Assembly (NCBI GenBank): GCA_002269645.1
Contig: NIVC01003253.1
Location: 1 to 64,000, forward strand
DNA: 64,000 bases
Reading direction: 5' to 3'
Source: Macrostomum lignano
Taxonomy: Eukaryota
Part shown: one piece after another, positions 24,106 to 35,372 of the stretch
Layout of the letters: every line of letters begins with the position of its first letter
How positions within the stretch are numbered: the first letter of the stretch is position 1
Program-made: the position numbers and the translations under genes
The notes under the pieces: generated by a model
Database searches by the model: none
Seen by the model: only the letters and a program-made list of their open reading frames with translations
Told to the model about the DNA's origin: nothing

Positions 24106-24774
24106 TTAGCTGTCGGGGGTCGGCAGGCCCTTGGTCTTCTCGCTGCACGGCTTTCTGCCCTCTCCGCGCTTCGGCTTGTAGAACTTGGCGCTGGCGCACA
24201 GCTCGGGCAGCTCGAAGTACTTGTCCTTGGGCTGGTGGAAGCCGAAGAAGAAGAGAATACCGCCGGAGCACTGGCCGTTCTTCCTGTACTTCTTCTTGAT
24301 GAGGATCGGCACGCAGCGGTCATCGATGACGCCGCCCAGCTTGATGGAGAGGTCGCCCTTGGTCATGCGGCCGCAGTGCACGCTGATGGGCACCTTGCGG
24401 CTGGTGACGGTGGAGCGGGCCACCACGCGGTTGTTCGGCCACATCTTGGGGCACAGGGTGAGGAAGTACTTGGCGTGGCTCACGGGGATCTTCACGCACC
24501 GGGCGTTGGCGGCGCTGGTGCCCCAGGCGTAGTAGCCGACGCCGGCCTCGAAGTCGAACATGGTGTAGTGGTGTCCGGAGTAGTTCTGGGACTTCACCTT
24601 GAAGTAGGCGGCCACCTTCTTCTTCTCCTTGGAGCCGGCGATGCCTCCCAGCAGCTTGAGGTAGGTGCCGTTGTGGTAGCCGAGACCGGCCACTCCGATG
24701 GCTCCCTCTCTGGGCGGGTTCTCGCAGGCCAGGGCGGTGGCCACCAGGGCGGTGAGCAGCAGCAGCAGCTTCAT
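24106..24774 (-). CDS. Secreted ependymin-related protein (EPDR-like), 222 aa, single-exon CDS
   Basis: Signal peptide MKLLLLLTALVATALA; spacing C-x2-P-x2-EG ... G-x-x-Y...C-x-K ... C-x-P ... F-x2-P-x2-C follows ependymin-family Cys/Pro anchors; high GC3 codon usage. Confidence 0.7.
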   Translation of the reverse strand: MKLLLLLTALVATALACENPPREGAIGVAGLGYHNGTYLKLLGGIAGSKEKKKVAAYFKVKSQNYSGHHYTMFDFEAGVGYYAWGTSAANARCVKIPVSHAKYFLTLCPKMWPNNRVVARSTVTSRKVPISVHCGRMTKGDLSIKLGGVIDDRCVPILIKKKYRKNGQCSGGILFFFGFHQPKDKYFELPELCASAKFYKPKRGEGRKPCSEKTKGLPTPDS

Positions 24775-25428
24775 CTTGAGTCAGAGAGTCTGGATGTCCG
24801 GCAGTGAGAAATCGAGTGGACTTGATGGACTCTGGTCGCTGGCCAGGGGTGCTTTTTATGCACCTGGACTGCTTGACCACCTGGCAACTCGGCGTTCAAA
24901 CATTTGGCAACAGAATTTGTTGGCAACCAGCAGGTGCGCAAATTGATGCTCATGGCTACTGCCGGTGTTTGCTCGGGGATCGATGGTCAGCTGACTTGAG
25001 CACCGCTTTTCTGCTTGCAAATGTTATTTTAATCAAACAATCGGCTTGCTTCCAAAGTAAATTTGTTTTAATAAAGTTTTTAAAAACCATATCGACTCGT
25101 TTTTGCGAAGTGCCGAGCAAAAACGTTTCAACAATAGGTTTATCAAGGTTAGGGTTTTAACAACCCCCATAAGCTTAGCAGAGCTCGTGTTTGCACTGCT
25201 GTTTCTGCACTGAATACAGTTTTATCAAAATGCAATTCCTAATATCTAGCTATTGTTTAAAAAATCTGTTTGGTGAAAATTTCTGAAGTTAGGGGTGTCG
25301 CCAGCGAGGAACAGGGGGCCTGTGTCCCCCCCCCCCTAAGTAAAAGTCATTGGGGGCATTTTAATGCTTTGTTCCCCAGCCTTGTAACTTGTTATGGAAA
25401 TCAAGAATCTGCTTCAGGACGCCAAAGT

Positions 25429-25550
25429 GAGTGCCTGCGGCGCTATAATGAGTGACTGCGGCTCTAAAATGAGTGCCTGAGGCGCTAAAATAAGTGACTT
25501 CGGTGCTAAAATGAGTGACTGAGGCGCTAAAATGAGTGACTGCGGCGCCA
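25429..25550. repeat. 21-bp minisatellite (gagtgactgcggcgctaaaat) x6
   Basis: Six imperfect copies. Confidence 0.85.
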
Positions 25551-28500
25551 AAAATCACAACCAAAAATGGTGCGCAGTGACTTCGTTTTCATAGCAGACG
25601 AAATAACCAAACTAGCAGACGAAATCACGGTCAATCCCAACAACACCAATTATCATATTGATATAGGATTTTTTTGTTTAGCATTCTTTGTCTTGCTCCC
25701 CGCCCAACATCATAAAATCCATGGCGACATCCCTGATAGAAGTTATTCTCTATAGAATTTTTAATTCGAGCTACGCATGCCAATGCTGCAGGGAGCTGAA
25801 ACGAGTTGAAATATCAAAACAGCAGCCTAACTTATGCAGTCTCTTGGCCATAGACTATAGCAGCTGGCTGGCTGCAGGGATGGAAGCTAATTGGTTGGCC
25901 GGAACAGGCTTTTTGTCTATGGTAAAACGCTATCTACATTTAATAGCTTCTTGGATACGTGCTAATGCATTTTGGCCATAGACAGCCACCCAATTAGCGA
26001 GAACGGACGGAACCGCAGCCGAGCAGTTCATGGTTTCATTCATCTCCAGTGCGTTTCGACCTGTCTGTCAACCGAATTTTGTAGAATTTGTCGAAAGTGA
26101 AAGGAATGAACTCGCGTCTACTACAATGGGCTTGCGACATCCTAATTGTACTCTTAGCAATTCGCGTCAACGCTGCATTTGAATTGGCGTTGTCTAAAAA
26201 ACATTAATTCAATCTGAATATTTTACAATACAGTTTTTGTTGTTGTTCCAATTAATCAATCAAATTTTCCCTGTCAATTCATTTTACTCGTCACTCTACT
26301 TTAGAAATCCTTTCTCACTAGAACAATGCTGATTTGAATTGGCAGATTGAATTGGCAGTCAAATCAAACAAAGCAATGATGGTGTTTTGCACAGAAAATT
26401 CCACAGAATAGGTAACGCAACTTTAATAAAAATGCTGGGCAGATATGACTAGTTATTCTTTAGGGTAAACATTCTCAAGCTAAGCTGAAAGCAATTAATG
26501 AACTGCTTTGACAAGTTAGAGAAAGAAGTCGAAAGTTTTTTAAAAAAAGCTAAAGCAATGATTTAAGCTAAGAGTTCCCTCAGATTGCAGTCACGGAATT
26601 AATGGCGAGCTTTATACAGCTCGGTTGGACCATAGGCTAAATTTCTGATTATATAAGGAACGAGACTTCACTCCGACTTTTTAAAATTTCATCAAAAATC
26701 AGCAAGTTACCGCAGGAAAGGTCGTTTACTTAGCAAGATTTAAAAATATTACAAATGGTGCTCAGTGGTCGGTTTTTCTGGCTTTAATGTTTATGGCCAC
26801 TCGTGCCAGTTTCATAAGATGGCGAAGCAATCCAGATCGGACTGCATCGGACCACAATGCTTGTTGAATAAATAGAATAGGAACCGGCAGGCTTCCACTG
26901 ATCAAGGCTCTCCAGTTTATCCAGACTTGCGCTCTACCTCGGGTCAGTCGCAAGCAGCTTCTTTAAATCGTCGTCAGCGATTTCGTTCAACATGGGAAGC
27001 AGTCATTCCTTCTGTCTTTCCATGTCCATATTCGGGAGGAAGAACTGACGGGTTGGTTAGAGAAACCGTTTCTTTTTTTGTAGTGGCAACTGCGAGCGTA
27101 ACTTTCAGTTGTAATCTCCTTACCCCTCTTCCCTCACCCTCACCAGCGTGCAAGATTGATTTTTGATTGAAATTGAATCAAATAAGAATGATATTCAAGA
27201 ACTCTCCAGGTAGTATGTTTAGACCATGCTTAGACCATTAACTCCAACTAGTTGAGCAAAAGAGAAAAGATGATAAACAGTTGATATACGCTCGTAACGA
27301 GCTTTCTATGGTCAAAACTCCATTAGCCGCCAGAAAATTGTAGGCTTGAAGTTAACTCCATTAACTGTCCGGAAGCTTCTGATAGACGCTTATTTATAGA
27401 AAACAAAAAATAGTCTATGGTAGTGGGTCCTGCCCCTGTTCCTCCGTCTCTCACTCTCAAAGTGCAACTTAGGCGAGAATGTCTATGGTTTTTTTAGAGG
27501 CAGGGGGGTTGTGTGCACCCTGGCGCACTTTAAGCGACATAGGCACACAACCGGCGAGAGGCATTACTGCCCATTCCGCCGACTCCCCTGAGCAGGCACA
27601 CAAGCGCGCGGATACGTACGCAGTCATACGCACAGGCACACACTCACACAAGAGTGTACAGCGGCCCTAACTTTATTTATCGTTAGGCATGTACACTTCA
27701 CTGCGCCTTGGGGGGTTGGCTCTCAAGGTCGTTAATTGCACGAGCAGAGCCAAGCCGAGATTCCGATTCAGCCCCAAATTAATGTGACTGCACTTGGAAT
27801 CGAGCATGGGCCGCTGGCACACCAGAGCAGCTGCGCTAGGCCCCCCGAATGTCTATGGTACAACATAATTAATACTCATGCTTTATGGGTGTTGTATTAC
27901 CGTTACATATAACTTGGCTTTAATGGCGATAATGGGAAAGCTAGATAGTTCCGACTGCTACTGTACCATAAACTACATGGTATACCATAGATACATGCTA
28001 TACATGTACTGTTTGGGTCAGCCAAGCTAATAGTTAAGCCAACCAAATTGAGAATTCTCATTTGACAGCAGTAAATTTGCTTGGCTTGCTAAGAGGGCGC
28101 TGGCTATACGGAGTAAACTCTGGCCTCAAGCTCTGGTAGCAAGACTGAGTTTGTTGCAGAAAGAGCACCTGTCCGAATAAAAGTGCACTTGTAGTGATGT
28201 ACTATGGATGCTTTGAGCGAGGATGGTTACAGAAGGCTGATTCGCTTTTCTCACGCAAGTGTGAAGTTTCTGGCATACTTGGCATTCTGGATTCTTGGCT
28301 TTATTTAGCATACACTATTATTGTGCCATAGACATTTTTGTCATTGACAAAGTAGGACAGAATAATCGGGCGTTAAATGTCATTTTGTGAGGAATCTAGC
28401 TACATGTATAGTATAGAAATATTTAGCAAGGTGTGCCAAAGTGTGGCGCATCCAAGGGCACAGACTGTACAGTGCTGGCACTGCTGGAGTGGCAGCTTCC

Positions 28501-29478
28501 ATCCTGTATATTTCAAGCCGATAACAAGAGGTTGTGGGTGGCGTGAGGGGTGACGCAAGCAGCCTATTCACCTGTACTTAGCTTAACTTGTGCAGTTTCA
28601 CGTGCTCAATGCAAACGCGAACACTCAAAAGTAAACCGCGGCAAGCCTGCTCAATAATAAAGCCTTCTGTCATCCGCTCAGCACAATGGCGTGGAGATTC
28701 ACGGAAGCGGGAAATCCGATGCGTGCAAAAAAATTGAAAAATGCGACATAGAATTTCAAATTCAGAGCGATGGCTGGCCACCGGAGCATGGAGTCTGCTG
28801 TGGAGGACCGTCTAATTGGAGCAGGCCGCTAGCAGGCCGGAATATCGATTCCTTATTCCAGCCGCGTCATTCACGCCGGCTTCCCGTGCAGCCTCCCGAG
28901 CCTGACAGTTTCCATTCTTTCCCGAGCGACTTTCCTCGGGAGTCGACGCCCTCGGGGGGGTTGCGGGAGCTTGTGGGAGGGGTGGGAGTGTCTGAGAAAA
29001 TCACCCCCCCCCATCTTGTCGTCCATTGGCTGGGGGCAGCTCAGCTTAGCATCCCGGAACTGCATCTCCCATTCTGCATCCCCCAGTTTCCACTTCCCAC
29101 ACTTTGAGACTCCTCATTCCCAACCCAGGCATTTATTCCCCAGCCTAGCCAGCCCATTGGGACTGTGAGCTATTTTTCAACCTCAAATAATTGCACTCCA
29201 GAGCGCAGTTTATCGCGCCCGGCTCCCAAATCCCAGCTGGCTCCGCTCACATCCTCAGTAATTTCTGTGTACCTAAGCCCTTGGGGCGATGCGGCGCACT
29301 GGAACTCGCTGCTAAGGGCTTTGCATCCACACCTGACCAATAGAATCCTAATAATTCCCACCAACTTGGCCCAGTAGTGCACTGTCCGAGTGTTAATGGG
29401 CCAGAAGCCGCCCGCCCATCTTTAGCTCTCAATCTTCGAATTGCTTCTATCGGGAAAGAAGGCCAAAGCTCAAAGAGG

Positions 29479-29561
29479 ATGGCCACGGCTCGGCAGGTGA
29501 AAATTCTAGTTGAAGACGTCAGCGATTCATCAGGCGGAGCGGCGCGCAGTCACCAAGACGG
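29479..29561 (+). CDS. Putative alternative first coding exon of the DGK gene (MATARQVKILVEDVSDSSGGAARSHQDG)
   Basis: ATG, open frame and a GTGAGT donor in phase 2, compatible with the acceptor at 38024; no homology support. Confidence 0.4.
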
Positions 29562-30970
29562 GTGAGTTTGCTGAGATTATTTGTTCCCTATGAAAAGTAC
29601 AACGCAAAGTGCAGGCTATGCAGAGATTAACAAAAAACAGAGCAGAATCAAAGAGCAGAAAAGTCAGGCGCACCAGAAAAGGCAAGACAGGAAATTGGAA
29701 TTGTCAGGAGGCAGAAAAATCGACATAGAGTTTGGTGTCAGGGGCTGCAGGCCAGGATAATGAAGATTGAAACAAAAGGGAGCGACAAAGCAAACCAAAG
29801 TCGCTTCCATTTTTCAAATCAAAGAGAATGATTTCGAGATAAATCAGCTCGGCAGAAATCAGTGCTGACAGCCAGGGGTCGGGGGTTCCGCTACTGGCAG
29901 AGGCGCAGCTCGAAGAAGACGAGCACAAAACCGATTCAGTCCTTGGCTGCGGAAGAGAGCGGAAAAGCAATCAAAACCGACCCCGATGGATTTTATAAAT
30001 TGGCAGCTCGTGTAGAGACAAGCGGCTTAAATGCACTTTCTTCACCCTGCTTCAGGTCCCTCTGTCTGTCTCCTAGATCTGACCCATCCATTCTCTGGCA
30101 AACACTTGCACTCTCTTTCTCTGCTTGCACTTTTGTCCCTATTTCAAGTCCGCGCGCACTTGGCTCGATTCTGCAGCTCTGCAGTTTTGTTGGCGAAGAG
30201 AATTCTCCCCTCTCTCGTCGCTGAATGCAGCTGGATGGAGCGCGCCATCCGCTGAAATTCATTCCGCTAACCTTGCAGACTTTCAGCGCTACTTGAGATT
30301 GGCTCGTGCTGCCTTGTTGTTTGGACAGCCCAGCTCTGGGTGACTCGCTCTCTCTCTCTCGTGTTGTGTGCGCGTGCAAACAATAGAAGGCAGCCTGCTA
30401 GCTGCTGCAACACCGAGGCTTAAGCCATGGCCAATGCAGGCATTTTCTTAATTAAAGTGCATCCGCTGCTACTGCCAATCGGGATTGAACTTTTTAATAG
30501 TCACGTGACAAATTTATAGATACATTAAGTTACAATGACGTGGAAAAAATGTCCAAATGCAATACTTAGTGGCTAAAGTCGATATCTAGAAGAGCTAGGA
30601 GATCTGTCTGTTTTGACAAATGGAAGAAATAACAAAATATTGGAGAGCGACTGCACTTAGAGTACTTATGCGCCCACCTGGGACCCGAAATGCGATACAG
30701 AGAGTCAGGTGTATCGCTGCTCACAGTGCTAATTGCCCTTAGCCAGGAAGCAAAGGCAGAGCCCCCAGCCATTAGCTTCGAAGTGAAGCTTAGGCTTATG
30801 CGGAATTCTAAACCATTCCCCTGCGCTCCACCAGCTAGCAGCAGACTTGCGGCCTATCAGTTCCTACTTTCGATTAGTTGCTAAGGCATTCGCCGAGGTA
30901 TTTAACGGTTCTACTTCCGGATTAATAAGCCATCAATCCCCAATAATGAGACATTCACCTTCACAGGCAT

Positions 30971-31426
30971 TGTGAGTCGGGGTCGCGAATGAGAGAGTCT
31001 CGCAGATGTCCAAAGTTGCAGGCATCCGCTGCCTTGCGCAGTCGCTGGTGTCACTGGTCCACTGACTCTTCTGCGGGCTGTCGACAGGTCTCAAATTTGA
31101 AGCGGAGGAAGAAAATGTTGTTCTTTCCTTCCCAGTGTTGCTGGATGCTTTTCGCGAGGTCCTTGTCACCCTCACCTGCCGCGATCTGGTTCTCCTGAAC
31201 TACATTCTGCAGTTCTTCTCCGGCCGCATAACGAAGCAGCTGCTGCGCCCTTTTCTCGTCAGAAATTCCGGCCGCTGCGATGTACGAGCTAGGTCTCAAA
31301 CCTGCGAGCTAAATAGTCACTGGAAACCGCAATCAGTAACCATAGATTGCAGCACCCCTCCGATTCACATTGATTGGGCGTGGCCCGATGTACATAAGTA
31401 AAGTACACACGCGACCCCGACTCACA
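30971..31426. mobile_element. 456-bp TIR element (17-bp TGTGAGTCGGGGTCGCG, 5-bp TSD GGCAT), Ginger2-like termini, containing a Gypsy-type gag remnant
   Basis: Perfect 17-bp inverted termini TGT...ACA; GGCAT at 30966-30970 and 31427-31431. Confidence 0.7.
30982..31290 (-). pseudogene. Degenerate LTR-retrotransposon gag fragment
   Basis: YIAAAGISDEKRAQQLLRYAAGEELQNV...HWEGKNNIFFLRFKFETCRQPAEESVDQ*HQRLRKAADACNFGHLRDSLIRD resembles Gypsy-type gag; contains an in-frame stop. Confidence 0.65.
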
Positions 31427-32463
31427 GGCATGATGAACCTTCGGGATCCTGAACACGAATAAAAACCGAGAGCGTATTGTCAATAAGCCATCAGTCATGG
31501 AGATGCAGTTTCCAACTAAATCAATTGAGTTGTTGGCCTGAGATCCGGTTCCCAGCCAGATTAAAAAGATAATAAATAAAGATTGCTGCACTTCTCCAGT
31601 GCTGCATGGCGGCTTATCGCAGAAATCTGAGCAGCTCCCAGCTGAGGCCTCCAACCCATGCTTTCCTGCGCTCCCCCCGGCCCAGCTGAACTCATCAGTT
31701 CAAGAAAAACGAGCTAGAGAAAGTGCACAAAGCTGTGGCTAGCATGCAGTGTTTCTGTTGCTTCCAGATGGAGCATAGCAATTTCCGCCCCATTCTCAAA
31801 AGCCTATCGGCTTCTTCGTGTCCTCCGCATTCGACTGAGAATTGATCATTTCTCTCTCTCTAGGGCTTCATTTCGTGACTGATTTGCTCATTTCCTGCGA
31901 CGATGCGCCTCCGCTGACCCCGATGAAGAATTAAAGGCAGCAGGCTTTTATATTTAGTACCCCCCCCCCCCCCCTAGTAAATTTGCATGCTCAGCTAGTG
32001 ATGCTGATGGATTGCTCACCAAAAATCGAGTGAAATGCGCGGCCGCTCCGAAATTATGAACAAGGATAAATGAGACCACAGAAGATAAAAGATTAACAAA
32101 TGGGGTGGTGCCTACGGGCTTACGGAAAAAATAAAAACCACTAAGTTGTCAGAGTCATCCCGAATTACTAAACTGCTTAGGTGTTTAAGTTTAATAAACT
32201 CTATTGAGGAGTCCTTTTGAAACCTGCGACGCGATGAAATGGAGATTAAAGATTCCCAATAAGAATCGTGTTCCTGCACTGTTCCTACTACGACCCGGCT
32301 AGCACTGTGAGTCCGTCTTGGGCACATTGAGGCAGCATTGGTACTGGGCCAGCAAGAGTTCGCGTCTTGCAGATAGGGGGTGGGCGGTGATAACTCACGC
32401 AAGACCCGGAAAGCGGACACAGGACGGGCACTGCTGCAGTTTCTCACTATCTGGAGACTCTTC

Positions 32464-32466
<3 letters not shown>

Positions 32467-32532
<66 letters not shown>
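32467..32532. repeat. (AG)33 microsatellite
   Basis: Perfect dinucleotide run. Confidence 0.97.
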
Positions 32533-32536
<4 letters not shown>

Positions 32537-33381
32537 GCGCCAGGCTGCTGATGCCGTTCGCACGCAGCTCGCTGTTTGCATAGAGATTAAAGCCTTATCG
32601 CTACTGGCCGGGACCCGCTAACTGAGGCCGCCCGCTTTAGCCTTGTTCGAGGATCATAAATCGTTGGGTTGTTGGGCCAAGTAAGGCCTTGCTTACACGG
32701 TGAGGGTCCTGTGGGAGTTGGTATTAAGGATAATCGAGCTTCGAGAGATCCGAGTCGCCGCGCGCTGCTCATCTATGCTCGCATCTCTCTCTCTCTCTCT
32801 CCTGGGCAGATACCGCGCAGAAAAGCGCATGCTTGGGCACCGCGTCTTTTCTCCGCGATGAAACTGATAATTAAAGTTGGCGTCATCGACCAACGGGGAG
32901 TGGCTCAAGGTTCCGTCACCAAGGCTTTGCTTGCTGGGTTGGACTTTTACTGTTTTCTTTGAGAAATTTTGCTAATTTACGCTATAAAATTGCGACTCCA
33001 ATAAAATAGAATTGGATAATGTTACAGCCTTTTTCAACTAAATCCAGGCTTAGCCATGTCATTAGTGTTTTTGATTGCTAGTTAGGATAGTTAGCTGTTT
33101 AGCGATCTCTTGAATATCATTTTTCCCGCCATATCCTAGCTACTAGATTCAAGCTAGACAGACTACTGTTAGTAGTGCTGTTTGAGCGTCAACTGCTCAG
33201 TAGTCACCAATAAAGAAAAGTTTTTTGATAATAAAATTTATAAACATTTTTGCCTCTATACCTCTCTAGCTATGCCTCTCTATTCGAGGTCCCCGGCTCC
33301 TTTGAAACTTCACAATAATACGCTTAAGGTTTGTGTCTCTTCTCAGCTCTCTTCTTTCTTATCTCTCCATCTTCTTTTGTT

Positions 33382-33890
33382 CTCCTCTCCTCTCCTCTCC
33401 TCTCCTCTTCTCTCATCTCCTCTCCTCTCCTCTCCTCTCCTCTCCTCTCCTCTCCTCTCCTCTCCTCTCCTCCCTCTCCTCTCCCCTCCTCGTCCCTCCT
33501 CTCCTCTCCTCTCCTCTCCTCTCCTCTCCTCTCCTCTCCTCTCCTCTCCTCTCCTCTCCTCTCCTCTCCTCTCCTCTCCTCTCCTCTCCTCTCCTCTCCT
33601 CTCCTCTCCTCTCCTCTCCTCTCCTCTCCTCTCCTCTCCTCTCCTCTCCTCTCCTCTCCTCTCCTCTCCTCTCCTCTCATCTACTCACCTATCTCCTCTC
33701 CTCTCCCCTCCTCTCCTCTCCTCTCCTCTCCTCTCCTCTCCCCTCCTCGTCCCTCCTCTCTTCTCTTCCCCTCTCCTTTACTCTCCTCTCTTCTCCTCGC
33801 GTCTACTCGCCTCTCCTCTCCTCTCCTCTTCTCTTTCCTCTTCTATTTTGTCTCTCTTCTCTCCTCTCGTCTCCTCTCTTCTGCTTTATT
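33382..33890. repeat. (CTCCT)n pentanucleotide / polypyrimidine tract
   Basis: Long near-perfect run with a degenerating 3' end. Confidence 0.95.
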
Positions 33891-34365
33891 CCATCGCCTT
33901 GATTCACCCCTCTCTTTTCTCTTCTCTATTCCCTCCTCTGCCCCGCAGTCATGTGCTAAGTTCTCTATTTGGCCCGTTAGGTAAAGAGAAGTTTGCCGAC
34001 TCCTTTTCAAATCGAAAAATAAAATATAGGAAGCATTACGCCTGACAACTTGAAAGTGAGCCACACGTTCAATGCCTTCTATCACAGGCATTGTTAGGGC
34101 GACTTTTTAATTTCCATTAGGCCCGTGTCCCCCATTTGCGGGCCAAAGAATCGCCAAACAGCTCAGCCAAGAATCCCAGACCAATGGGCAGTCAGTAAAC
34201 TTATCCTCAACCTCAAACCCGGGGCCAGGCAGTCCGCACTAATGGAATAAATGGGAGGAGGAGGGGTTGAGCCGGCTAAATCCCAATACGGGTCGCTCAA
34301 TATTTACTCCTAGGCGTTTGACAGCAGCTCGAACGCAGACGGGCATAAAAATTCAGATTGAAGCC

Positions 34366-34437
34366 ATGCCGTTTTGGCAGAAGCGTTCATGCCAGCAGTC
34401 GCCAAGCAAACAAACACAGGAAAAGCAGCAACAACAA

Positions 34438-34484
<47 letters not shown>

Positions 34485-35372
34485 ATATTGCCGCCCCTTG
34501 ATCCCTATAGTTGTTGAGCCCGCTGCTCCAGTTGCAGCGTCAGAAGTTAAGGTGCAACCCGACGATTGCAACCCGACAGACGTGGGGCTTTGCTCGCCGT
34601 CCCTGACCCTGTCCTCCGCGTCATCCCCGTCGGTGCCAGATCGGCCACCCGACGAGACTTCGACACTGGACTTAAGCAATCACTACAGCGCGTCGAAGCA
34701 CCGGTCGAACAGCTACGACGTCACCTGCGTCGAGGAGCCCCTGCCATCGAGCTCCTCGGAGGCGCCGGCCTGCAGTTTTAACAGCAGCCACAGCCGCTGC
34801 GGCTGCGACTCTGCTGATGGCGGTGGCGGAGGCCAAAGCGGAAGCGCCAGTAGCAGTGGTGGCAGCGGCATCTTCACCCGTCTCGCGCTGCCGTCGGCCC
34901 TCGTCAGGAAGCGCGGCCGGTCTTTAGAGCTGCCGAAGGTCTGCGTGCACTGTGCCTACCTGGAGGAGGCGGCCAAGGTCTCTTGCGGCTCCAGAACGTC
35001 CTCGGATTCGCTGTTCCTCTCCTCAGACGATGCAGCTGACGAAACGCATCGAGTATCGCGGCTTGCTGGAGCAACGGCGGCCCCACCAGCAGCGTCTGGC
35101 AATTTCCTGCAGGTGCCCGGAGCACTCGGTGGTCAAGTGGGCTGCCGAACCGGCTCCCTGGATGAGGCCAGCTGGCGGCGGCCGGTGGCAGCACCCGGTG
35201 TCACCGGTTGCGCTTCAGATTCCACTGTTGAAGCGGCTCAGCAGTCGGCAAGCAGTTGCAGCGCTGCCAGCTCAAAGCGCGCCTCTTCCATCGATGTGGC
35301 CGCGTGCGGTCGCCACCGGGTGGGGGCGGATGGCGGCGAAACCGACCGGCCGGACTGCGGCGGGTCCGGAGA
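34366..35372 (+). CDS. DGKZ: DGK long N-terminal exon (polyQ; rdgA-type [17 protein letters not shown] motif)
   Basis: Open frame; GTGAGT donor at 35373 in phase 2 matches the next exon; FLQVP, RTGSLDE and C-x-H-C-x-YLEE motifs as recalled from invertebrate rdgA N-termini. Confidence 0.75.

Noticed and set aside
21693-24946. Antisense and alternative-frame ORFs overlapping MCT and the EPDR-like gene (for example 23887-24807, 21909-22433)
   Set aside because: These are expected shadows of high-GC3 coding sequence, with no recognisable domains.
25289-25340. TAGGGGTGTCGCCAG...CCCCCTA, reminiscent of a hAT-type MITE end
   Set aside because: No matching second terminus or 8-bp TSD was found.
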